Source: Amoebidium appalachense (taxonomy: Eukaryota > Protista > Ichthyosporea). Taken from it: DNA of 64,000 nt. The stretch covers positions 4,736,310 through 4,800,309 of the forward strand of contig CAVNZM010000008.1 of NCBI GenBank assembly GCA_963693365.1, written 5' to 3'. Positions 45,831-57,591 of the stretch are shown piece after piece. The notes beneath the pieces were generated by a model. It made no database searches. It was given only the letters and a program-made list of their open reading frames with translations, and was not told the DNA's origin. Each line of letters opens with the position of its first letter. The stretch's first letter is position 1. Both the position numbers and the translations under genes were made by a program.

Positions 45831-47242
45831 GGCACTGTTCAAGTGTCTTCTGCCTGCACACTTCTCATTTTTGTGACGTTTTTGTTGTTGCTCTTTGTTG
45901 TCTCCTCCATATCTCCAAGCCTCTAACGCATACATCCCCCCCCCCCCCCCCCCCCCCGGGGGCTGGCAGCAGGTCCTTCTCACTGCGCCTTTAACACTCC
46001 CGTGCTCTTGAGCTCCACCCCCCCATATCCCGTCCCGTGTTCCTTTTTGACTCTGTCCCACTTTCCCCTTCTTCGGTCCTCCCCGTCCCTGCCTCTGTTT
46101 CTCCCCTCCTTCCCCCCCCCCCCCCTCCCCCCCCCTCTCTCGGGTTCTGTGGATGACCTGGGCCCCCCCTGAGGATGGGCTCTGCTTATTATGCATACTC
46201 TTTATGTATGGTTTGCATTCTGCATCGTGTTGTCCGTTGTTCTTGTGTACTTCGTACTTTATGTCGCATTTAAACCCCCCTCTCTTTCTCTATATACATC
46301 CCCCCTTTGTAGAAGCCCGGCTTATGCTCTACTTCTCTGCTTGTTTTCTTAGTTTTTTGCCTGCTTGCAGTTTTTGTAGACTCTATTTTCTGATTGCTGC
46401 TCCTTGAACAACCCTGCTCGTCTTTGGCCAAGACGGGTAGACTCGCCTATTGCTGTTGAAACAAAGTATGGGTTGGGAACCACACGCGAAAGGTTAAAGA
46501 GTCGAAACCCATGCTTTTGTGGAGACATAGGAACCCCCCTGATGATGGGCTCTGTTCAAGTGTCTCCTGCTTGCACGCTTAATTAGTTTGATTTTGGATT
46601 TCCCACTTTTGTAACGTTTTGTTGATGCTCGTTGTTGTCTCCTCCATATTTCCTACCCTCTAACGCATACATCACCCCCCCCCTCCCCCCCCCCCCCCCC
46701 CCCCCCCTTCTCTCTCCCTTTTTCTCTCTTACCTCGTCTCTCGCTGTCTCTCTTTTTCTCTCTCTCTGCCCCCTCTCTGCCCTCCCCCCCCCCCCCCCCC
46801 CCCCCCCCGGGGAATAGGTCGAAACTCGGGTACTGTGGATGACGTGGGCCCCCCCTGAGGATGGGCTCTGCTTATTATGCATACTCTTTATGTATGGCTT
46901 GCATTCTGCATCGTGTTATCCGTTTGTTCTTGTGTACTTCGTACTTTTTGACGCATTCAAAACCCCCCCCCGACCCCCGCCCCCCTCCGCCTCTTCCATT
47001 TCTGTTCATTATTATTTCCTGCCTGTGTTTTTTGACTTTTGGACTTCGTCTTCCGTGTCTTTATCTTTGTATTATTCAATGACCTCGCATTCATGGACAC
47101 CACATACTGACGGACACATTACTCCCTCCTCCCCCTCTTCCCCCCTCCCCATTCCTCCCTCCCTTGCTCCCTCTCACTCCCTCCGTCCGTCCGTTCCCCC
47201 CCCCAACCCCCACCCCTCACTTCCTCTTTCTTTCCCTCTCCC

Positions 47243-47297
<55 letters not shown>

Positions 47298-48877
47298 ACA
47301 CACCAGACGTTATTCAGCATGTACATGGGCATACAACCACCAGTCACAAACTGGAGTGAAGACAGCAAAGAGTTCTCAGTTCTGCTCCCAGACAACCCCA
47401 TGAACGACTTTATCGAACTGCCCCCAAACCACACAAAGATTCTGTTTTCAAACGTCATTGCCGGAATATTGAGAGGCGGGTTGGAAGCGGTATAGAACCC
47501 CCCTCCTCCCCCCCCCCCCCCCCCCCTCCTCTCCCCCCCTTCCACTCCTCCTTCGCATCTTTCCCCCCCCCCCCCCCTCCCCCTCCCCCACCACCACCAC
47601 CACTACCACCACCCCCCCCCCCCCCCCCCTCCCCCTCCCCCCACCACCACCACCACTACCACCCCCCCCCCCAGACATCTTTACTTCCATGCAACCGGGC
47701 ATGGTTGCTCTGTGTCGTGCATCTGTAAGCACATACGCGTTTGTCGCTGCACTGCATTAGTTTGCACACACATCTTCACCGTTTTGCTCACCTTGCTTGC
47801 ATAAGCAACCCTGCTCGTCTTTGATCAAGACGGGTTGACCCACCCAAGTTCAGTTGATGCTGCTGTCTGAGTTGGAGCGTCGTATATACGCGGGCTAAGG
47901 GGTCGAAACTCAGACGCAATTGATGACTTGGGCCCTCCCTGAGGATGGGCTCTGCTTATGACGCATACTGTGCGCATGGCTGATGCTGCATACTTGAATG
48001 TTTGCCTTTGCATGTGTCCTGCATCATGCTTCTCATCGTCTATGCGTACTTCGTACTGTGTTCCGCATTCAAACCCCCCTGTCTTCTTTCAGAGGTGTCC
48101 TTTCAGGACAGACCACTGTGTGGAGACATCTTTACTTCCATGCAACCGGGCATGGTTGCTCTGTGTCGTGCATCTGTAAGCACATACGCGTTTGTCGCTG
48201 CACTGCATTAGTTTGCACACACATCTTCACCGTTTTGCTCACCTTGCTTGCATAAGCAACCCTGCTCGTCTTTGATCAAGACGGGTTGACCCACCCAAGT
48301 TCAGTTGATGCTGCTGTCTGAGTTGGAGCGTCGTATATACGCGGGCTAAGGGGTCGAAACTCAGACGCAATTGATGACTTGGGCCCTCCCTGAGGATGGG
48401 CTCTGCTTATGACGCATACTGTGCGCATGGCTGATGCTGCATACTTGAATGTTTGCCTTTGCATGTGTCCTGCATCATGCTTCTCATCGTCTATGCGTAC
48501 TTCGTACTGTGTTCCGCATTCAAACCCCCCCCCCCCCCCCTCCTCCCTCCCCCCGTTTTCTCCCTCTGGCTCCCCCCACCCCTTAAAAAGAAAACAATGA
48601 AAGAAACAAAAGGAAAAGAGTACAAATGATTAAGAAAGCGGTATTTGAATTGGGCTTCGTGTTCTTGGATGAGTGAGTTGAGACTCGGAAACTATGGATG
48701 GCTTGGGTATTGATTAGTAGATTTGCCTACTCCTTTTGCTTGTTCGTGTGTGTGTGTTCTGTCTGGTATATCTTCATGTGTGTCGTTGCTTTGAGTATGT
48801 TCTAGCACTATGTATCATTCGACCATTCGAACTCCCTCTCCCTTCCCCCCCCCCCTCCTCCCCCCCCCCCCCCCCCT

Positions 48878-48915
<38 letters not shown>

Positions 48916-48994
48916 AACCCCTCCCTTGAAGGATAGTTGGTACTACTTATGCCGCACACACATATATGTGGTTCGTTGTTCTACGCATCCCCCC

Positions 48995-49025
<31 letters not shown>

Positions 49026-49104
49026 AAAAAAAAAAAAAAAGAAAACACATACACACACACACACACACCCTTTCTGTGTCAGAAATTGGTCTCTTTTTTT
49101 CTTT

Positions 49105-49144
<40 letters not shown>

Positions 49145-49671
49145 TGTTTGTTTTTTGTTTTTGTTTTTTGGAGTTTGCCGAACGAACATCATGCAGATGC
49201 TTTCAATGGATATGCTCTATTCAGTATACCACAATGAGAGAACTATCTTGCCTTATTTCTCTGAAACCTCATTTGGTTCCTCGTGAAGCAGCCGATTGCC
49301 TGAACCCTTTTGCAGTACATTAGCGACCCTCTTTCTTTTTTGTCTCCTTTTTTCTTTCTTTTTTTTTTTCCCCTCTCCTCTCTCTCTTCCCCTTTGGGCT
49401 TCCTTGCTTGAATTTTTGTTGATTGTCAAGCCTCCCCCTCCAAATATCTCCTTTTTTTTTAATTTCGTTTTCTTCTCTTCTCTTTCCACCAATATCCCAA
49501 CTTTGCCGCCAAGTAACTATCTCACATGGTTTGAATTTTCCAATTTTTCAGATGCAGCTAAAATGCGATGTGTGGTTCGTGCAAGACGTACTCCGTGGGG
49601 ACAAGGAGACGGAAATCAGGCTGAGGCTCAAAGAAGTTCTTGATGACGAGGTACCCCCAAGCGACGACTGA
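43225..49671 (+). CDS. BET3: TRAPP complex subunit Bet3/TRAPPC3, 181 aa, 5 exons
   Basis: Exons 43225-43269, 44117-44214, 44864-44963, 47307-47489, 49552-49671 give KKVNLELFVLTYGALVAQLLKD...VNKTLDSIGYSMGTRLAEDFLSR...RCTEFKETAEVL...DNPMNDFIELP...FSNVIAGILRGGLEAMQ...FVQDVLRGDKETEIRLRL...EVPPSDD*. Confidence 0.97.
45038..45133. repeat. 32-bp tandem repeat, 3 copies
   Basis: atatttggtaatttcatccgggatagtttggc, three copies with few substitutions. Confidence 0.9.
45836..46970 (+). repeat. Alternating B-A-B-A tandem array of the hammerhead-like repeat family (BET3 intron 3)
   Basis: CTGA(G/T)GAtgggctct at 46169, 46539 and 46855. gtcGAAAC at 46501 and 46818. A-type bodies after 46169 and 46855 are near-identical, and B-type bodies at 45836 and 46552 are similar. 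Confidence 0.9.
46445..46553 (+). ncRNA. Candidate permuted hammerhead ribozyme, copy 1
   Basis: Stem III aaagtatgggt (46463-73) pairs with acccatgcttt (46507-17). GUU site ends at 46474. Stem I ggg/ccc. GAAA at 46504-07. CTGATGA at 46539-45. Stem II ggctct (46548-53) / agagtc (46498-503). Confidence 0.65.
47843..47953 (+). ncRNA. Candidate permuted hammerhead ribozyme, copy 2
   Basis: Stem III gtctgagt (47865-72) / actcagac (47908-15). GUU ends at 47873. Stem I ggag (47874-77) / ctcc (47935-38). GAAA at 47905-08. CTGAGGA at 47939-45. Stem II ggctct / ggggtc is rich in G-U pairs. Confidence 0.65.
48294..48404 (+). ncRNA. Candidate permuted hammerhead ribozyme, copy 3 (same sequence as copy 2)
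   Basis: Same motifs shifted by 451 nt: GUU ends at 48324, GAAA at 48356-59, CTGAGGA at 48390-96. Confidence 0.65.
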
Positions 49672-49899
49672 GAGATACACGAATTTTCAAATCTGAAGAT
49701 TGGATAACCTCAAATTCGCTAGGGGATGTGGCCTGCGCAGGTTCTCGCCGGCTCGGGATACTCAATCGGAATATCGTCGAGTCTGATAGGACTACGCGAA
49801 TTTTAGATTACGTGTGAATATCTGGTGCCTAGGCATGGTAGGATGTATCTAGATATTCGAATTAGCCGACGTGTTGTTGACACGATCGCTAGAAACGTA

Positions 49900-49946
<47 letters not shown>

Positions 49947-50125
49947 AGAAAAAAAAGTAATAAAAAATAAAAAATAAAAAAAAATGAGAAAAACACATGC
50001 ACACACACGCACACACGCTCCTCACCAGACACGTGCGCGTGCGCGTGATCTCCCTCGTCTTTTCCTTCCTTGTATCCTTTCCTTTTCGGTGTCCACGTAT
50101 GAATACGCGGAGAAGCGGCCGGGAA

Positions 50126-50157
<32 letters not shown>

Positions 50158-50173
50158 GGGGTTGCTTCTTTTT

Positions 50174-50208
<35 letters not shown>

Positions 50209-50843
50209 GGGGGGGGGGGGGGGGGGGGGGGGGGGAGTAGTGTATGGGCATTGGTTCTGTTGTAGTTGTTTCCGGGATTGTGTGTGTCAGCGTGTTGTGA
50301 TGTTTTGACAGAGCATGCGCAAAGGAGTATTATCGTCAAAAGGCAGCTGGTCTGCTGGTAAAACCGGACAATAAAACTAATTTGGACATTTGAGATTGGG
50401 AAGGTGGATGGGAAAATGCATCAAAACACAAACTTTCAACTAGTGTGTGCATGCCTGTTCGGCAGTATGAAGAGGGACTTCGTTACTCATGTCGTCCGTA
50501 TGCTTTGAAGTAATGGGGTAGGGGTGGGTTCTATGTAGACTGTTTATCCCCCCCCCCCTCCCCCCCCCTCCAAAAAAAAAAAGAAAGAAAGAAAGAAAAA
50601 GAAGAAGGAACGAAAAAAAAAACATCCCTAACTCGCACTTCTACTTAAATTATCGAAGTTGAAGTTATCAGTCATGCATGCATGCATGTATGGAACTGCA
50701 GCCCCTCCCCCCTTCCCTCTTGATCCCCCCAGACCGCCCCACTATCAGTGGCAAACAGCAGTGCCGTGGCGCACGGACACCCACATCCACCCACCAACCC
50801 GCACATGCGCGCACCGTGGCAAGGTATTGCACGTACGCGCGCG

Positions 50844-51022
<179 letters not shown>

Positions 51023-51396
51023 GGAGAGGGAGAGGGAGAGAGAGAGGGAGAGAGGGAGAGGGAGAGAGAGAGGGAGAGGGAGAGAGGGAGAGAGGGAGAG
51101 AGGGGCCGGGGGAAATAACGAGACAGAGAGAGAGAAGACAAACACATGTGCTAAACACATGGGTATAGATGATGATTATTATACCCTCCAGAACCTCATA
51201 ACTAATCCACTTAATTTGCCGGTACGAGTATCAGGCAATACATTTTGAAAAGACCGGTAGTTCTGTAACATTCACCAAGTTATGTAGTACGTGTACATAC
51301 GATGTACGGCAAGGCTTCGGGCTCGGAGAGGTCCGGAGAGGTCCGGAGACCTCCGAACGCATATCAAGTTGTAGTTTCTTGATGGTGCGCTATCTC

Positions 51397-51622
51397 CCAA
51401 TCCGTGACGCCAATAAGTTGAATAGATCCAGAGAAATTCAATAGGTTAGATTGTAAGCCAATCACAGCACAAACGAAAGATGATTGGTTATGGGGATCAA
51501 GAGCGCCAAAATCAACCAATCACTGTAATATTCGCAGTTCTTTTGAATCAGACTACCACATCTTGGTGTGTGCGTCAGACAGATTGCTCTTGTCTCTTAC
51601 TTTATGCCTTGGAGTATATAAA
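51397..51622 (+). promoter_or_regulatory. CCAAT-box cluster plus TATA box upstream of the secreted-protein gene
   Basis: CCAAT at 51397, 51410, 51458 and 51516; ATTGG at 51483; TATATAAA at 51615-51622; ATG at 51791. Confidence 0.6.
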
Positions 51623-51790
51623 CAACGGAAAGAACGGGGCCCCTTCCGCCACAAGTGTCTATCATTGATCTATACTATTACTTTACACTTGTATTCTCCT
51701 TCCCGGTCAATACTAATGAACATTCAGAAACCGGAATCCAAGCGTGCACACACCACAACAAGATCTAATAAAATTTTCAAGACTCTCATC

Positions 51791-52863
51791 ATGCCTAGGT
51801 TTCTGTCCGTTCTACGGCCTTGTGCCTTCCTGTGGCTAGCGTGTGTGATCCTGCCACCGCAAGCTTTTACCTACGCGTTTGCTACACGCAGTGGGCTCGG
51901 AGACAAAGCAGAGACAGGAAGTACAGGAGAGCTCATGAGCAATGAAGAAGTGATGAAGGTGCTCGCTCAAGGCTTGGGCCTTGCTCTACCGGAAGAAAAC
52001 AACGTAGCTCTTGCAAATTCAACACATGGTGGAGAGAAAAAGAGAAGAGGTCGTAGGAGTATTGGAGGTTATGCTCTTGGTCCGGAAGTTGCGGAGGCGC
52101 TGGTGGAGAGACCAAGATATGGTACGGAACTTTCTTTCTCAGCATGGGATCCCGGAGACTCTGTTTGTGTGGGCCCACAACTTTGCTGATATGTGTGCAA
52201 GCGTGTGTGCGTGTGTGTGTGTGTACATGTGCATACATGTGTGTGTGCGTGATTGTGCGCAATTATGTGTTTATGCGTGCGTGTGTGCGTGCGTGTGTGT
52301 GTGCATGCGTGCGTGCGTGCGTGCGTGTGTGCGTGCGTGCGTGCGTGCGTGCGTGTGTGCGTGATTGGGTGTGTGCGTGCGTGTGCGTGCGGGTGTGTGA
52401 CACTGTGCGCGCACATGTATGTGTGTGTGTGTGTATGTGTGTGTGCGGGTATGTGTGTGCGCGTGTGCTTGTGTGTCTGTGTGCGCCTGTGTTGTATGTG
52501 TTTGTGAGTGTGTGTGCGCGCGCGCTCGTGGTGTGTGTGTGAGTGACTGTGTGTGTATGTTTGTGTGTTTGTGTTGTGTGCATGTGTGTGTGTGTGCGTG
52601 TGAAAGTGCGTGCGGGCGTTTGTATGGTATAGTAATACATTTTGACGGTTCATGATGTTGCATGTGTCTTTGTGTGTATGTGGGCTGTTTTTTTGTGCCA
52701 CTGGTTTCGCTTGGTCTTTCTGTACATGTTTATGTGGTTTGTGTCTCTAAAATTGGGTTGTCATAATGGTTCGGTGTGTGCCTGTGGGCCTGTCCCTGGG
52801 TGTTTTGCATTGGAGTTCACCGTTTTTACAATTTAATAATGTGGTGTTCTTGGGCTTTGGGGT

Positions 52864-52894
<31 letters not shown>

Positions 52895-53041
52895 CTTCTC
52901 TCTCAGCACGACGGTCCCCATTTTGGGCTGTGACTAGATCTAACTCTGGTGGTCTAAATGTACTGAAACCAAAGCCTCTATGCTTCCACCATGGGCCATA
53001 CCTTTAAACGACCATATCTCATTATGGTATGATATCCATGA

Positions 53042-53077
<36 letters not shown>

Positions 53078-55552
53078 ACTCTCATTCCATTTGTGAACAC
53101 AGGCGAGAAAATGATGGAAACACTAGCACGCACAAACCCGGCATTCGGCCAAACCCAACGTGCCCTGGAAGAGAAATACGACCGGCCCACCCTCTGTCGC
53201 CTGCCCTCGCTCAGTTCCGAGTCCCGCACGTGCCTCTGTGATTCCGCCCGTCCCTTCCTCCAGTGCATGGCGTACGTATGTCGGGATTTTGCCGAATTTG
53301 CAAGCGAGTTGGAGAGCTCTGATAGGCCCCCTCTGTCTGAGGCACTTGAAGGTGTTGTGGGGGCAGATTTTTTGGAGGAGGAAGAGACAACTAGGTGAAT
53401 ATCTCAGCACATCCCTCCCCCTCAACCCCTCCTTTCATTCCGCCCCAACAACATAGACAGTAATACCAACAACAACAGCAACTCTAACAAAAACAACATA
53501 ATCAACTTTGAACAACCTCCCCCCCCCCTCCCCCCCCCCCCCTCCTCCCCCCGTGTCCCTATTTTTTAAAAAGGGATGAAAACAGAATAAACTAAAGAAA
53601 GAGAGACCTCCGAGAGAAAATGCACTTGCTTAAGATTTGCGACAAGAGATCTTTGAATAAGAAGTGAAATCAATCAACACCACCACCCAAGGGGGGTGGT
53701 GTTGATTGATTTCACTTTTTTTTTTTTTTTTTTTTTTTTTTTGGGGGGGGGGGGGGGAGGGGGGGGGGGTAGCAAACATGCATTACAGTTTACCTCGAAA
53801 AGAAAAAGGGGTTGGAGGATGGGGGGGTTTGGGGAAAGGGGGGGGGGGGGGGGGGGGGGGGGGGAATGGGGTTGTACTTAATTCTTTGCCTCCAATCAGC
53901 ATTGACTATTCCCCGGTGGCCATCGAAGGGGGACGTTCTCTAGGGGAGCTCGCCACTAACGCCAAAACGACCATCACAGACCTGTTCTCGAAGGGGAAAG
54001 AAGGGTTCGAAGCAGTCTCGAAGGTGGTTAAAGAGTTCTCGAACCTTCCGTGCAAACCCAGCTTGGACGGAACACAGCGCGTCTGTTTTGGGTGCGAGGG
54101 GTGCATGACGACACCATATTTGGACATATGCTTGGGGGCGGGGACATGCGGGATTCCTTTAATGACCAATGATGGAAAGATTTGCTTTAATGGGCTTTCG
54201 ATCAAGGGGACGCACTTTTGCACACCGGCGCTAGATTCGCTAGCGGAAAATTCGACTGAGACCAAGATTGCGATGGAAAATGTAGATTTTGCTATGAATA
54301 CGGCCACTGTGACCGGCAGGATTAAGTTGTGTGCCCCCGGGACCAACGCTGCAGTAAGTAGTTCTCAAACCAGATGCCGCATTCCTACCCCCTCCCCCCC
54401 CCCCCCCCCCCCCCCCCCGCTACCTACCATCCCAATTATCCCCCCTCTTCCCCTTCCTTCCTTCGTTACCTGGTACGCGAATCCTTGCCATTGCTTTCAA
54501 AATGCTTGTGAACCCCATCTCCCCCCCTCCCCCCCCCCCCCCCCACCCCTCCCCTCCCCCCCCTCCCCCCCCCCCCCCCCCCCCCCCCCTCCCGCCCTTC
54601 CCCTCCCCCCCTTCCCGCTCCCCCACCCCGCTCTCTCCAAAAAAAAAAGGTACAAGAAAACAGGTGGCACTGAAATGGATGAAAAGGAAGAAAGGAAATC
54701 TCCCTCCCCCCCCCCCCCCCCCTTCTCCCCCCCTCCCGCTCCCCCCACCCTCTCGTTGTTGGCGCATCTCCCACCACCACCACCACAGCCATCACAACCA
54801 CCACCACCAATACCCCCCACCCCCCACCCCCACCCCACCCCCCCCCTTCCCCCCTACTCAGAGCACTTCCCCCCACCTACCCCGCATATTGATTCACCCA
54901 TACTCGAGCCTTTACACCATGCCTTTGCTACGGCTGCCTATGTACGAGCATCTTTGCTCGAATATCTCAGTTTGCAAATTAGTTTCTACACCTGTAGATA
55001 TGCAAACAGGCTCTATACCTTTAGATATACATTCGGTCTCTATGAATTAAGATATACCTACTGCCCCTGTGCCTCAGGTATACATACTGCCTCTATACCT
55101 TTAGACAAACACACTGCCTCTATACCTTTAGACATACACACTGCCTTTATACCTTTAGATATACATAATACCTCTATGTCTTTAGATATACATACTGCCT
55201 CTATGTCTTTAGATACACCTACTGCCTTTTTGCCTCAGATATACATACTACCTCTGTGCCTTTAGATATACATACTGCCTCTATACCTTTAGATATACAT
55301 ACTGCCTCTATGTCTGTAGATACACCTACTGCCTTTGTGCCTCAGATATACATACTACCTCTGTGCCTTTAGATATACATACTGCCTCTATAACTTTAGA
55401 TATACATTCTGCCTATATGTCTGTAGATACACCTACTGCCTTTGTGCCTCAGATATACATACTACCTCTGTGCCTTTAGATATACATACTGCCTCTATGC
55501 CAATTGCAATGTGGTTGCAATATGGTTATCCGCCCAAAGGTGTAGAAACAGA

Positions 55553-55583
<31 letters not shown>

Positions 55584-56507
55584 AAAAAAAAAAAAAGAAA
55601 AGGAATAAGAAAAAATCTCACTTTAGTACCCGTTTTTGCTACTATCTAATGGGTCACGATGGTAGACGTTTTCCTCACTTCTCTTGAAAGAGTTAGTTAT
55701 GCTTTTGGTCGTGTGTTCCACCTTCAGTGGTAACCCTTTTCAACTTCAAACTTTCAACACAGTTTGCACGAATTTTCTCACGTTTTTAATCATGTTTTTA
55801 GGCTCAATTTTCACAATTTTTCTCACTTTTTTTTTAATGTTTTTAGGCCGCCTTCAGCAAGGTGGTCAAGAAGTTCCACCTTGCCGCCTGCCCGTTGGAT
55901 CTTATCAACGGACAGATGTTCACCCTGCGTAAGATGCTCAAGGCAAACACGGCCATCCGACCCATCCCGTTTGTTCTTGAGTTGGGATTCAGGGGGAGGT
56001 GGCAGTATGGAGACCCATTGGAAAAGGTGTGTGTTTTGTTTTTCCTTCTTTTTCTTTTCTTTTTTTTTTTTTGTCTGTGTGTGTTGGGGAGAGGGTGGGG
56101 GGGGAAGAGGGAGGGGGTTGGGGGTAATGGGGGAGAGGAGGAGCGGGGAGGGGGGGGGGGGGGGGGGGGGGGGTTATGGGGAGGGAAAGGTGGGGGGACG
56201 GGGTGGGTTTCCGTGGGGTGGGGGAAGAGGAGGGGAAAGAGGGTTGGGGGTTGGGGTGGGGGATGGGGGGTGGGGGGGGGAAAGGGAGCAATGGGGAAAG
56301 GGGGGGAGGGGGGGGAGAGGGTGGGGGGGGGGGGGGGGAGGGGAAGGTGGGGATCTCGGGGGGAGCCTGTGTTAAGCTTTAGTATTTGAGGTTGGAGGTA
56401 CGGCGGAAGGGGAACCGGGGGGTGGGGGTGGGGAGAGCATGCTTGTTTGTGTGTGTCACAGTTGTTTGCGTTAACTGTGCTTGATTTTGAACACTTCCTC
56501 CGCGCCG

Positions 56508-56538
<31 letters not shown>

Positions 56539-56576
56539 ACCCCCACCCACCCACCCACCCACCCACCCACATGCAC

Positions 56577-56619
<43 letters not shown>

Positions 56620-56805
56620 CGGTTTCAGGTGTGTTCCCGCCACCCCTTCCGCTGTGCCGATTACTGCCGATACCGCAAGAATTACGGTGATGCAAATCTC
56701 TACGTTAAGCTTTTGAGTTTTTACGAGGCTGTTAAGGTAGATCTGTTCACGCCCGAAAAGGAAAAAATGGTGCCACTGCATCCTAGGTGCGATAACAAGC
56801 ATTGA
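51791..56805 (+). CDS. Secreted cysteine-rich protein of unknown family, 477 aa, 5 exons
   Basis: Exons 51791-52121, 53103-53394, 53900-54353, 55847-56026, 56629-56805 join in phase with GT-AG to a stop-free frame. Signal-peptide-like N-terminus, polybasic KKRRGRR|S site, and Cys clusters (CFGCEGC...C...C...C; CSRHPFRCADYC). Confidence 0.85.
54990..55500. repeat. Minisatellite of about 27 bp with higher-order variant units
   Basis: Unit ctttagatatacatactgcctctatac is interleaved with the 25-bp variant ctcagatatacatactacctctgtg, in intron 3 of the secreted-protein gene. Confidence 0.9.
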
Positions 56806-57382
56806 TATTAGTTGTCCGAAAATCTTGAAAAGTCGATAACTTAAAGGTGCACTCCTTTTAAAATTATTTTTAAGATATTCGAGAACCAAAATGTTGGTTG
56901 TCTCCAGAACTGAGGAGGAAGCCTAGGAGGCTAGAATAGGCCAAATTTGGCATGATGCGTGTTTGATTAAAAGTCTGTAGTTCTATCCATAGTTAATATC
57001 ATGACCACCGTGTTACCAGGTCCAGATCTTGGACCAAATGAACCAGTTTGAGCCAACCCATGCATACTTTGTGAGAACGTTATAAGTGAAATCGGTCGGG
57101 CAAACGTGACTGAAACCCGCAGGAATGCGGTGTTAAATGCAGAATACAATACACATGCTGCGGGAGCGCATGTGCGCACGTACGCACGCACGGTACACAC
57201 ACATACACATAAAACATGACTGCACAGGCCGATTGTTGCACACCCACAAACACACACACACATACACACATTCACGTTACCCGCCACAGCATGCGTACAC
57301 ACACCAACATAAAAACACATGTGCGACGGTAGTACAGCAATATGCTTGTATTTAAGAAACGAGCACACTATGCACCGACTAG

Positions 57383-57417
<35 letters not shown>

Positions 57418-57551
57418 CACAAACACGGAAACACGGGCACGTGTGCATGGGTGTAGGTACATCAAAAGTAGGCAGCAATCATTATAGTGGTGGCACTTGC
57501 ATGCTTCTATCTCTCTCTCTCTCTCTCTCTCAGAGGCTCTCTCGCTCTCTC

Positions 57552-57591
<40 letters not shown>

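Larger units (their letters stand above)
47673..48530 (+). repeat. Apparently identical 451-bp direct tandem repeat (about 1.9 units) of the hammerhead-like family (BET3 intron 4)
   Basis: agacatctttacttccatgcaaccggg starts at 47673 and 48124. The ORF track gives identical peptides at 47825-48013 and 48276-48464. Confidence 0.97.

Noticed and set aside
46536-46560. Box C/D snoRNA reading of the intronic TGATGA motifs
   Set aside because: Most copies read CTGAGGA, which varies at the hammerhead's free N7 position but breaks box C. I saw no consistently placed box D or terminal stem, and the GAAAC strand and covarying stems fit a hammerhead better.
46818-46868. Ordinary minimal hammerhead (GAAAC-tcgg-GTA) of standard topology
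   Set aside because: The bases after GTA (ctgtgg) do not pair with the ccccc preceding CTGA, and the other copies have no GUH at this place. This copy appears to have lost its upstream strand to poly-C.
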